A stretch of DNA of 64,000 nt. It comes from Gordius albopunctatus (Eukaryota). A model generated the notes under the pieces. That model was not told the DNA's origin. It saw only the letters and a list, made by a program, of their open reading frames with translations, and did no database searches. Below, in pieces: positions 23,801 through 36,692 of this stretch (the first letter of the stretch is position 1; every line of letters begins with the position of its first letter). Made by a program: the position numbers and the translations under genes. The DNA lies in contig OZ193910.1 of assembly GCA_964276515.1 (NCBI GenBank), positions 5,270,001 to 5,334,000 on the forward strand, in the 5' to 3' direction.

Positions 23801-26800
23801 TCTACATCTTGGTAGTGTTTTACTTAAATATTGTACATTCCCACTCTGTTTAAAATACTTTGTAAGCTTCTTACTTTGTTCGATCAAATTGAGTATAATA
23901 GGGGCATTATATTCCATAAATGTCTTGTCAAATGTATTTCTTAATATGGTATTTATTAAATGAGCAGAACAATTTAATCTTTTATATGGAAGTAGAGCTT
24001 TCTTAACATTTGCTCCTTGGTCGGAAACAAATGTTAAATTTGAAAAATGTTCACTAGAGAACCCTAGCTTGGTAAAATTGGAAAGTAATTCTTGGTGTAT
24101 GTTTTTGTGGGTTTTTTTGACTCAATAAACTTGCATGTAAATAAGACTCGTTTTGTTAAAGTCCATTTATTAAGGTAATGTAGTGAAAGAGTTATATATC
24201 TAAACTTCTTAAAATCATCCATGTAGAGATCTGTAGTTGCACTTGCTTGAAACTTTTGCAAAGCATTTAAAATTTCTGGTTTTAAATTATTTCTTATCTG
24301 TTCTGCTGTTTCATTAACATGACGAGATATTGTAGTAGGGTGTGGAAGAATGTCTTCCACATTAAATATACCATGTTTGGCTCCAAGCTCAAGAATATAT
24401 TGTGCCACATGCCTAAACCCCTTCCCAGATATTGCCTCAAATGGCTGAAGATCAACAGCAGAAAATGCTACACATCTTTAAATTAGTTCTTTTTTTTCTT
24501 GTGTAAAATGTTTACTGTTGGAAGGGCCATAGAAAGATGTAATTTTGGCAGAGAGACGACATTTGTGTCTTGCGAGGTGTGAGGTACCTGTTTTCCTTGA
24601 ATGACTTAATATCTCATGGCATTGAACAAAATCCAATCTTTCATTGAGCTCATTGAATATACTTTTAAAGTCTTTCCAAATTAAACTTTTATTTTGGTTT
24701 TCTACAAGTTTGTATCTTTGCGATTTCAACATTTTGAGTATAAGAGTTTTATCAACTTTCTAAAAAAATAATAAAAGACTTTTAGTAAGTTATCTTTTTT
24801 ATGCCAATGGAATCATTTACTTTTGAAGATTCTATTTAATTAAATATATTCAAAGTTAAAGCCAAGTAATTGTTATGAAATAAGTAATAATAATTTACTT
24901 TATAAAAACTGTTGCAGGTTAATTAGGAATTGATTTTACTTTTTAAAAAATAAAAAACTTTTACTAATTACCTTTTCTATGCCATCGGAATTATTTACTT
25001 TTGGAGATTCCATAAAATCAAATGTATTCAAAGCTAGAGCTAAGTAATTGTTATATAATATGTAATAATAATTTACATTATTAAAACTATTGCAAGCTAA
25101 TTAGCAATGTTGAGTTGATATTATAAAAAAATTTTAATGAATTACCTAGCTTAAAACAACGTCAATGAGATCTTGTAACAAATATTAAGCAATCTAAGAA
25201 TTTGAAAAGCAAGGGAAAGGGAAATAATAAACAATGAAGTTAAAAGCAAACACTACCTTCTATCCATTCAATTAATTTACTTAATTAGCGAAAAATATTA
25301 TATTAAATTTTCCCTCAAAATAATACTGTTTAAATAGCAAATTTTTGTTAGAAAAAATAAATTTTTTATCATCAAGATAATAAATGCATTTTTTATGTCA
25401 ATACTATAATGATAGTATAGAGTTTAATATATTTAAATTTTTTCACTTATCAAAGCCCAAGCCCGGCCCGCACTTTTTTTAGTGCTCATTTTCAGGTACG
25501 GGCCGGCCCGCGGGCCGGGCTTGGGCCTGCGGGCGGGCCCCTGCAGACCTCTAAATCAAATTGCAAATTTTTAAAAACAAAATTTTTAAAACATTGACTC
25601 TATCCATTGGATTAGACTAAAGAGTGATATCAACCTTTTGCGTATGCCGACGCATACAAAAGGATACTCCATTTCGGGGACTACGATAAGTTCGAAAACT
25701 TTGAGATCGCTTGATAATTGACAAGGGAACGTCTGTGCAAAAAAATAAATATTCTATAGATTTAACTATAAAAAATGAAATTGAATTAAATCCCCGATTC
25801 AAATAAAATTTTTAAAAGCAATACTAATAAATAAATAATGTTATTTGAGGTTGACCGTCAATGTTTATAAATTTGAGGTCTTAAAATATTTTCATTTATG
25901 GTATAGACTATTTTTTTTAATTTTTAACCGATTTTTTCTAAATAGCATGTTTTATAATAAAAAAAATAATAGCAACATATAGATTTAAGTAATTGTTTAC
26001 CTATAGAATTTACAAACGTAGAAAATAGGGCATTCATCTTAAAACACATTGGGAAGGGATAAAAAATTGGGCATCATACTCGAAATTAAACGTGCTAGAT
26101 GATAAGACAAACCCAAAAAATTTTAGACGTTGCAATCTCAAAATCGTAGGAAAAAGGAAAGTTGATGGTTTAGGGAAATAATAGTGTGACAATATTAGGA
26201 CATTGGAGAAAAATCCTTACCTTGACTAACATGAATTTGCTCATGGGATCGTACCACTGCATCAGTATGATGGAAGCGGGTAGGGCGGCACACAAATATT
26301 TGTGACCGTCATAGGGATTTCGGGCCACGGAACATTTGCTTACGTTACGGGTGTCAGGAAGTTTGCTCGAGGGGTTACTGAATTTCCTATGAATTAAAGT
26401 CGAGGTTATTTGCAAAAAAAACTAGGTGCGGGCATATATTACAAATACGGATTGGGTTTTTAAGCCCTCGAGCGTTCAATTAAAAGGTGATTAATACTTT
26501 TTTGTTATAAATCGGGGAAAAGGGAAAGTCTTTTCAACTTATCTTCTTATGAAAGAATCGTGAAATAAAAATTAACGTTTAAAACGATGGGCCTTCCCTT
26601 TAATAAGGTTTTTTTTAATGTAGGCCATCATTCAGGCAATGATTTTAATTGCCCCATAAAGTAATTTCCTGCACCATTTCAGCTTATAAAAGGTTAGCTT
26701 TGTAAGCAAAAAAAGGTTACGTAAGGAATTAAATGAATTTAAAACAGCCAAGTCAAAATTGAAAGATCAGCAATATTTCATACAGCATAAATCAGTAATG

Positions 26801-29800
26801 ACGATTTATCAACCAAATTTGACAAATCCGCTAGGCATTAACAATAAATCTTACGTTGTAAACTTTTAAATTTAGATGATTTTTAATTTTTATTATTTTT
26901 ATCAATTGCTATTAGGAAGTTGAAAAACCCATAATTTACATCACAGTACCATATTTAGGCTTAAAGAAATAGGTATACTTTTATGCAATATTAAATGAAA
27001 AATTATTTATAAATACTTCGCAAATAGTTTTTCGGGCAATTTTCCCATCGGGAGTGAAAACCGAGTGCCTGATTTGTTCATCAGCGTCAATAGGTCGTGC
27101 CGATAAAGGTGGGGAGTTTTACCTAACACATTCAGAAATAAAATTATAGTTTATAAATAAATCTTAATTATTATTTGTTGTTAATATCGCTCGAAATTAA
27201 TTTTATAGACGCATAAACTTTATTAATTTACAAAGCAGTCTTCAACTTTTCGCAAAAACTTTAGTGTAACCCAAGAAGACGCAAAGAGTGAGGAGATTAT
27301 GGTGTAAAATGGGTGATAGATACCAGAGATGGTCATGAGAGTATTTTTTATGACGTATATCCATTTGCATGGTCTGGGGTGAATTTGGTCCATCACGGTT
27401 TCGTGTAATTGATTCAAATTAAGCGTGTAAATCCCTTCTTCGGCTCCGAATAAGATGTATTGATCTAGGTATTTTTAAAACATACCACATCAAATAGTTG
27501 GCGAGGGGAAACCTGTCACCCTAAATAATTATTAACAAGTTTAGTGGTCGCTTGTTTGATGAAGTTCCCACGATAATCACTAAGAAAACGATTGATAAGT
27601 TAACGTTTAAGATAGTAAACGCAATGCGGAAGTTTGGTAACGTGATTCATATCGAGTAAACTGCGACCTTGTAAAAATTCCCAAGCCATTACATTCCATA
27701 AATGAATCACCATAAAAAATCTATTTTATTTAACCACAATCATCATTTTTATCTATTATAGGACAAACAATATAATTTAATGAAGTAATAACTATTGTCA
27801 GACTATCTAATACACAATTCTGGAATACGCGGTGATACCAAATTTTATAGTTAAGGAAATACACGCAGCCAAGCATTTTTAAGGGAAATAGCCTGGAAGT
27901 ATGTGCTTAACTTTGTTAAATAATTGTAAACCTCTTGTTTCGGGATGAATCCACGTGGCTGTACAATTAAGATTAAGGGGGCACCCATTAAATACCTTGG
28001 AAAAACAGGCTCCCATATGCACCATGGGCGTTGGTGGCAGACCGTTTATCGTCGCAACCTAAATAATTTCATTGCAACACACACAAAAACACGAGTAAAA
28101 TTGGTAATAACTGGGAGATATGGTCAAAAAAAATTAAAATTGTCTAACATTTAGTTTAAAATTTAATTAAAGCATTATAGAATAACATTTTTGTTCATAA
28201 ATTGAAGAGTACTTCTGCAAGTTAAATGATCAATATATTATAAATAAAGATTTAAATAAAGGAATATCTGCCCCTATGACAAAAAAAAAACAATTGAAGG
28301 AAATAAAGGGGGGGGGGGGGGAAGGGAATTTTACTGGTGAGAGGAGTGGTTTGTGGATTTGGTTTCTTTTGCGCCTGGGCGGAACTGGGGGAGGTAATAG
28401 GCTTAAGTGGATGTCAGAGTCAAAAGTACCAAGGCATTTGTCGGTCTCTAACTTCAACAAAACTTCCTTTAGCTTCGAAAATCCGTTCAACGGCGCCAAA
28501 GCGCAGCTCTGATTCGGCGATAATATTGTACCATTCGGTTCGGTATCCCGATCTAAGTATTAACAGTCGATATAAACGTTACGTCTAAATTTTCGTTTTA
28601 TTATGTAACATAAAGCTAAGAATGAGGTAAAGATATGCGTATTCGAACAAATATTAACACCCCTTAAGAGAAGATGTATGGTGTTCGCCCATTTTTCTGG
28701 AAAACAAATATTTCAAATATAGTAAATTCATTAACATCGAAATGGTAGTATAGTAAGAAAAACGCTTTGAAGTTAAATCATCATGGTATAAAATTTATAG
28801 AATCGCGGTGTAAATAAAACGGTTTCAATGATAGTTATTTGAAGTTTCGAAATAAAAACATAATTTTGATTATATTTAGAGCAAAAACCTCATCTAAATC
28901 ATCTGGTTAAATTTGTAAAAGCTATATGATGGGTTATCTATGTAAAAGAAGAATAACCAATGAAATCTGAGACAGATTGACCATAGCTGGTAGGGTTGGT
29001 TTGGGGTTCAAACTCATTCATACTGTCACTCGTGCTGGTAGATAGAGAGGGGATGTCATAAGACACATCTTGGTATAGGGCACTTGAGTTTTGATTTTCT
29101 ACCATGTGCAACGTATGAAGTTGAATGTCACTTTTGTTTTTGTGGGCCCTCGAAGGTCGAGGCGGAGGCACAAAAATTTGTTCGCCAATCTCATCTCCGG
29201 ACTCCAAATGCCCTGTAGATAAATTTAAGTCAGAAAAAGATTAATGGAATTTGATGGCTTTTATAGTTTAATTTTCGCGGAAGGTGCAATAATGATCTTG
29301 CCTTATAACGTTCAGGTTCAATCTAACCTAAATTCACATAATAATGTATCGTGATCAATGAGTCAAACTTGCAAGCCCGTGCTAAAATAAGGTGTATGTC
29401 CAGTATAAATTTCATGCAATATTATATAATCACATGATCGCATTCAACTTAGGTACTAATTCACATTATTGCAAAATTGTCAAATAGGGCAAGGAAGATT
29501 TAATTAAGCCAAATTTATCAAAGCCTACCGCTAAACTTTCCGCTAGCCGTATAGTGAATTTCGCGTCTATACCTGTTGTAGTAAAATGGTGCTCGAGCGT
29601 GGGCGATTTAAAGCGGACGGCTTTTCGGGCCAACCCATCGTCAACTGTGGGCATACCTCGCTCGCTGTTTCCATTCACGACCCGGGCGATGGAACCTCCA
29701 GCGGGGCAGGGCGAAAGAAGCGTACACACAGAAGGTTGTTCATTCGGAGGCTCTCCGTTATCGTGCCTATGGTCATCTTCGAATTGTTCAGCGGTTTGGG

Positions 29801-32800
29801 GCACTGGAACGGGTTGCCAATTTTCATAATTTCGCCTCTGTATTCGGGCTCGGGTGGGAAGAGGTTGCTTAATTAATATTACTCCGTTCGCGGCTAAGTA
29901 ATGAATAGAAAATATCACTTTAACTAGCGAATGAATGTAATGGGTATGCATCGTTTATTAATGAAGGTCGTTGAAAATAGTTTTTGCCGAATGAATCTAA
30001 TTAAATTTTATGCCCTTTTTGCAAGTTCAATTATATTTCATTCATTGGAAAGTTATGAGAGAGTAAGAATGTTGGTTTTATTAAAGGGGTCGTCGGATTG
30101 ATAAAGTAAGTGGGAGGAAAAGCGTTCCAATATTTCAGGCCACGATGCACAAACCGTTTTTCGCAAACTTAGTCAGAGCTCTAATCATCGAACAAGTGTT
30201 TCTAATTTGGGGCATAATGAGGGAAGGGGTAAGTAACTAGAAAAGTTGATAAAATTGGTGATGGACAAATAGGAGTTAATAAAAGTATCAAGGAGCGATG
30301 CTATCCAATTAAGTGATAATAGTAGTATAATGGGCTCAGCGGTCAAAATATTAGAACCCCTTTGTTCCCGCTCGTGAGACTATTATTAATAAAACCAACT
30401 TTCTTACACAATTTATTTAACATTTATTAGTTACTCCAAGATTTATAAAAGTAAAATTTGAATAATGGTTTATAAGATTTGTGTAATGCCTACCCGAATT
30501 CATATTTATGGGCTTGGAGAGGGCATTCGGAGGGGGTGGTGGAGGTGACCTGAGAGAAGGGGGTATCATTTTATCGAAGTAAGCGGGAATGGATTCAAAT
30601 GCGTGTTCGTTGGGACAATTGACGAAACGTAGAAGTTGCTGTTGTTGCAAACTACTTTTTTGGCCCACGTACACATGAGGAGAGGTAGACTTGGGTTCGG
30701 ATGATGAATTGAGTGTTTCTTCCTTGGCATCGCTATAGATTTAAGAATATGTAAAAACATTTTTTACATTATTTTTATGGGTAATATGGTACAGATCATT
30801 TTTCCAAGGGGATAGGGTTTGGGGGATTTCGTTTCCCTCCCTCCCCCCCCCCCTCATCCACCTCTGGATTCGAAGAGAAAAGTTCTGCACATTTTAATAT
30901 AATAATTTCATCAACTTTTCCCACGAAACGAATTTTTCGAAAGAAACCCTAATAGTCCTATGATGACAGTGTCAAAATTAATAGGCGGCATAAAACGAAG
31001 TCGGGCGTTTTCAAACGTAGAATCTTAGAACGCGATCTATAAAATGAATTTGGCGCGTTTTATGATTTAATAATAAGAATTTTTCCACAAATTTTGGGGC
31101 TATTAAAGGGGATAATTTATACCTCGCATGCGTCATGCTTAATATGTAATTCAATTAATCCCAAAATAGGTCGTGCATCGCGATAAATTATAAAGGTCAA
31201 GAGTTAGACCGACTTAATGGCTCGGGAAAGACTCGAGTAAAATATTCTGTTGTTTTTGTTTTACCCAACGAGTTTAAAACCTAAAATAATAATTTCCAAT
31301 AAATGTTTTTTAGCGTATAATTTATTTTGTGAGATTTATGAATAAATAATATTATTTTGTACCCCATATGGTAAGCTTCTTCCTTGGTAAGCGTTTTCAA
31401 ACTCGGTACCTCACTAATAAATCACATTAATACGGGTTAATTTGTTATGACAAAAACGATTTCTGCCGAGTTAAAAGTTATTGCTTCGCCCTCAATGACT
31501 TTATAAGAGAGAATGGATATTTCTATCAAACTTATAACAACAAACATTGTTAAAGAACAAATTAATTTAGAGTGCACACTTACCCAAACCCGAGTGAAGA
31601 CCTATTACGTGAATGTATCTTTTCCCGGCTACTCGATATAATCTTAGAAACATAGAGATAAAAATTAGAGAAATAAGTCATCATAAGCTGTATGTGAAGT
31701 AATTGGGAAAAAAAGATTGTATAGATCGGTATCCAAATTATACAATTACGTCTTCGTATTCCACGTCTGTCTGTTTTTGCAGTGGAGGCCCAAAATGTAG
31801 ATTTTCCACTAAAAAATAACACATATTAGGATACAAATTTGGTGGTAGTAGGTTTAACTTTATATAGAATTTAAAATTTTCAAAACCTTTAATTTATGTC
31901 TTGAAAAATAACAAAAGAACTTAAGCGAAAATAACAAAATAAATATGAAAAATGTGCCAGTTTACTTTCAGTTTCAGACCTTGTCCTAAATTCTCTGTTC
32001 AAACCCAAATTGCATTGCTTCGAAGCTATCCTCCGTGGAACGTTGGCCTCTTCTATAAACTACAAAACGAAAAACAGAAATTACCCACGTTCTTTTGCGC
32101 ACAATGGCGGAATATAAAGCAGTCATGTATTTAAAAATGCTTTCAACATTTTCCAGAATTTTCGGCCATAATTCTAGATATTTTTTATACAATTCGACAA
32201 ATGTGGTAAGGGAAAAATATAGACTAATATTGTAATAGACTGGCAAACAACTAATAATTAAGTAAGGGTGTAAGTCGCCATGTATGAAACATAAAGACAA
32301 ACTAAACGCACAGGTCTACAAAAAAAACATCCCGCAATTGGACACATAGTTCTGATAGAGGATTTCGCGGTGAATAAGAATATGTTTTTAGTTTTTTTTC
32401 AAAACCTTAAGTTTTTAGATAATCAAGGTTGAAGGTGCAAAAAATAATTTTAGTCTTTTTTGAGATCCTATTCCCACGGCATTTTTAATTTATATTCAAA
32501 AATAATCCTATATTCATGTAGATTAAGGTTTCTTCCATAGATCCATTAATTTATTTTCTTTAACCTCTATATTTATAACTAAGGTGTGGAGAGATAATCT
32601 TTTAATGTTATCATCATTCTTTCTTCCATAACTTTAGCAATTTTTGCACTAGACAAGTGCACATAAGTCGCCCAAAATTAAAATTTGATGTAAAAATCTG
32701 CATATGGGTAAACATTTATTTTACTTCATCGTCGTTTTCTGGGGGATTGTTGAGGTTGGTTATGGTACACTGCTGAGTGGCAACGGGATTATTGACTTTA

Positions 32801-35030
32801 TCGACAAGTTCTTTGCCGCACGCTTTGCTCAGCAAAGAGTTACGCACAAAAGGGTGCTATACAACGGTATATAAATGTTAACAAAAACTAAAAAATCAAA
32901 ATTATAGTAAAAATTAGTTGTTTTTTTGATTTTACTAGTAATAGTTTATCGGCGGTTGGTCGTTTTTTGGGGTTTTTGGTCAAGGCGATTTTGATGAAAT
33001 TGTGAAAAACGGGGGACCTGTTTGTACAAATAGTTATAAGAACGATGGATACAAAAGCCTTATTAAAACTTACCATTTCGTTTTGTCTTTCAACGACGGA
33101 GGCTTAAACCCGCTTTTGGACATTATGAAGAGCGCCCTACGCGGTAATATGTTCATACATATATCATGAATCAAAGAAAGTTGAATAAAAGTGAACCGCT
33201 TAAAAAACACTTCTATGCGATCCTATGACATATGTCTTCATATATAATATTTAAAAGGCGGCGCTATAAAGGTTAGAATTCAATCAAAGCATCCTCTATT
33301 AATTATATATCATAACCGTTCTTATATATTGTTTACAATCAAAAATTAATATTTTTTAATAATTATTTAGATAAGGCAAAAACCAACAAACCTCATGGGG
33401 TGCAAATCAAACATGGGTGGCTGTAATTCGGCTAATTCAATAGCCGTTATACCCACGGCCCAGATATCGCATTGTTGATTATAACCACCCTTCCTCTCTA
33501 CCGCAGCCACCTCGGGTGCCATCCTATAATACAAGCATGTAGAGGCTCAAAAAATCATTTAACGGTGACAATTTTTTAATTCGTAATTTAAGATTTACCA
33601 ATAAGGGGTTCCGATAAAAGATTTCCTTTTGCACAGTGTTTGCGTTATTTGGGCCGAAACACCAAAATCAGCTGTAAAAATAATAATTTACTCCTTCTCT
33701 TTTTCAATGAGTGTTAATACTTACCCAATTTAACGTCCCCAACTTCGGTGAGTAAAATATTGGCACCCTGTTAATACAAACAAAAACAGATATTTTCACT
33801 AAATTCTATGTAAATATTAAAATTCGATTATAAAAATTTTTTAATGAAACAATATCAACTGAAAATTGAATTTACAAGGTAAAAAGTAAGTCTTAAATCT
33901 TTATGTAACCTTACAAATTAGTAGTGAATTCTGTGGCTAATAAATTATTAGTTTTTAAACCTTGATATCTCTGTGCATTTTGCTTTTCCCGTGCAAGTAC
34001 TTTAATCCATAAAGAGTCTCCCGGCACACGTATGCTATTTGAGATTCTGATAAGGGTCCCGTAACTTCAAAATTAATAAAGATCCCAGTGTAAATTTGAG
34101 TTATACTAGTAAAGTAAAAAATTGTAAATTTTGTCCTGAAGACTTACGGTGATAGATATCTTGTAGGGAACCACCACCACAATATTCCATACATATCCAC
34201 AATTTATCCCGCCTACAGTTTATACATACATATATAGTCACCTTTATAAAAAAAACTATATCATAAATTTGTATATAAAATAAGTTTAAAAAAATCAAAG
34301 TACCTAATAAAATATGCATAATGGATACAAGGCCACTGATGCTTAAGATTAACCATCAAAATTAAAAATTGGCACCATTAACTGAAAAATTATCTAAATG
34401 GCTTATTTGGTATGAAATACTGTTAAGGCAAAATAGTAATCAACAATTGTAATTATTTCTTTACAATAACCTGTAATATACCAACAAAATTATATTTTAG
34501 GCTTTGTTTGAATAAATTATGAAAATACAACTTTTTATAAGTCAGGGATTAAACCTAATATAACTATCAAAGTAGGCCACAATGTTGGGATGCTTGCATT
34601 CTTTCATCATTTGGATTTCAGACTGAATTGTGCGCAAATCATCACCTTTAAGGTTATTGTTATTTAAAGTAACTAGTTTTAAGCAACATAAATATTAAAT
34701 ACCTTGTTCAAGTTTCACTATCTTTATGGCAGCCCATTCAGAAGAGTGCATATTAATTCCCTGAAAAATTTAAATATTCAAAAGTTAGCACAAATAAAGT
34801 AAATTTTGTTTCTATACGATTTAAATTATCTAATACTTAAACTCAATATTTCAAACCATATTTAATAATATTAAAAATAAATTATACGAACATATAAATC
34901 TAAAATGGTATTTGTGTTATATCGTTCTAATTTTTACTTTGTAAACTTCTCCATAAGTTCCGCTTCCAACTTTTTGAATAAGTTCATAAATTTCGTGGGG
35001 ATTCTTTCTTTGTATATCACAATATGCCAT
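20818..35030 (-). CDS. MAP4K3: MAP4K3/MAP4K5-like (GCK-I / happyhour-type) Ste20 kinase with a C-terminal CNH domain; about 28 coding exons
   Basis: ATG at 35030 ([31 protein letters not shown]). Kinase exons carry [70 protein letters not shown]. Pro-rich linker exons at 28335-32059. CNH exons include [34 protein letters not shown] and [13 protein letters not shown], ending [13 protein letters not shown] at 20818. MAP4K3 versus MAP4K5 orthology cannot be resolved. Confidence 0.93.
22716..25553 (-). mobile_element. Near full-length hAT transposon (hobo/Hermes-like) in a MAP4K intron; transposase disrupted
   Basis: TIRs TAGAGGTCTGCA and perfect TSD AATCAAAT. BED-like finger (24478-24732), [33 protein letters not shown] and the hATC motif [25 protein letters not shown]. 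One in-frame TAA at 24478-24480 and frameshifts near 24110 and 23815. Confidence 0.95.
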
Positions 35031-35233
35031 TTAAAGAGCCCATCATGGTACAAAAAAACCATATGGTGTTAAAGAATTCCACAAGTTAAGAATCTAGGGA
35101 CCAATTCATGATGGCACTTGAAAACCATCCCGTTAAAAAATGATTTTTTATAACCTTAAAAAAATTATACTAATTTGAGGTGTAAGTAAATGCTAAAGGT
35201 TCTTAACGTTTTAGTATTATTGGTATTAATGTA

Positions 35234-35436
35234 TAGAGTTGTTAAATTGCTAAATTTCTTTAAACTCCAGACGCGCGCACGCACACTGAGTTGCTTAATA
35301 TGCGCTTTAGCACAATATGTGCTCTCTGTTTGGTGCACTAGGTAGAACATTAGCATATAGAAATGCTCGATGACCGAGCAGAAACTCGAGCAGATGGTAG
35401 CTGGAGTCGAAGAAAGTTAGCAATTTAACAACTCTA
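35234..35436. mobile_element. 203-bp hAT MITE about 200 bp upstream of the MAP4K ATG
   Basis: TIR TAGAGTTGTTAAATTGCTAA and perfect TSD TTAATGTA. A diverged, oppositely oriented relative lies at about 5443-5695. Confidence 0.9.
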
Positions 35437-36043
35437 TTAATGTATTTGAGTTAACACCGTTTGATTAAAAGAAATCACTTACTGCCTCAATTAAATTTCA
35501 TTTACAAGTCTATAGGCACATAATATTATATTTGGAACTTATGACAATGTATTGTTTAAATAAGACAGCGATACTAATAAACCACTGGCTTCTCAATGTG
35601 TCTTAGCCTCTTTTCGACTATCTTGATAGGCTCTGGAAAGAGAGAAGCGTTTGAACCACAGAGCTAAGCATTCCAGAAATTATGAACTATAACTATAATA
35701 GATCATCCGTATTGTAGTACAATGGTTAGCTAATTTAATTTCTGCTATCTAAATAGGCCTCACAAACCAATAGAATTTTTGACTATTATAAATGTTTACC
35801 ATGGATTTCGCTCATCAAATAACAATAACGCATAAATATGTTTAAAAACAATCATCGAAATTTATAGTAAATCTTACAGAAAAGATATCAACTCATTTTT
35901 CATGTGGGAGCTCGGTTACCTAGTTAGAAATGGGCTGAGGGATTGATAAAAAATAATAAAATATTTATGGTGATGTGGTTTAAATTGTATGAAAGATTAC
36001 ATCCAAACAAGACAAATCATGTGTTAATATGCATATTAAGAAG

Positions 36044-36692
36044 TAGAGCCCTGCAAAATAAAATTTCTACTGCCCGAGCCCGGCCCGAGCCCGACTTCTC
36101 AATTTTTATTTTGCCCGAGCCCGGCCCGAGCCCGAAAGATTTTTTTATTTTTGGCCCGACCCGATTTTTTAAATAAAATTTTTGAGAAATATATTTTTGA
36201 AAATTATTTCACCATCTTAATATAAAATGCATTCGATTGTTATTACACGTATTTACAACTAGGATAAGTTTGAAATAAAAAATTATTCACTCGTTATAAT
36301 TTATTCGGTTAATCATTTAAAGCTAAAAATATATATTTTTAACAGTACAAACAAAAAAAACTTTTGAAATATTTACTTATCTTATTTCTAAAGTTGTAAC
36401 AGCTACTATAAATCTATTTAAATACAAGCATGAGATTTGCAATTCAGGTCAGTTATATTATAATAGACAAGGGAAAAGGCTAAAGTTTGGAAGCTATATA
36501 ATGTAGGTTGTGCGAAAAATAATTATTTAATATCGAATTTTATTTAAATCCTATTTTATAAGATGTTAATTTGTTTTAGTTCAATTCGGGCCGGGCTCGG
36601 GGAGGCCAATTATATTATAAAATTTTCCCCAAGCCCAGTCCGAAACCCGATCGGGCCGGGCTCGGGCTTCGGGCGGCCCGTGCAGGGCTCTA
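36044..36692. mobile_element. hAT MITE with TAGAGCCCTGCA TIRs
   Basis: TAGAGCCCTGCA...TGCAGGGCTCTA with GCCCGA subterminal repeats. The flanks do not form a TSD. Confidence 0.8.

Noticed and set aside
26001..26094. Apparent minus-strand exon (AG...GTAAAC) in MAP4K
   Set aside because: It has an immediate stop in the required phase, and the CNH sequence continues correctly in exon 25635-25732.
28276..29876. Plus-strand ORFs at 28276-28588 and 29554-29876
   Set aside because: They are antisense shadows of GC-rich MAP4K linker exons.
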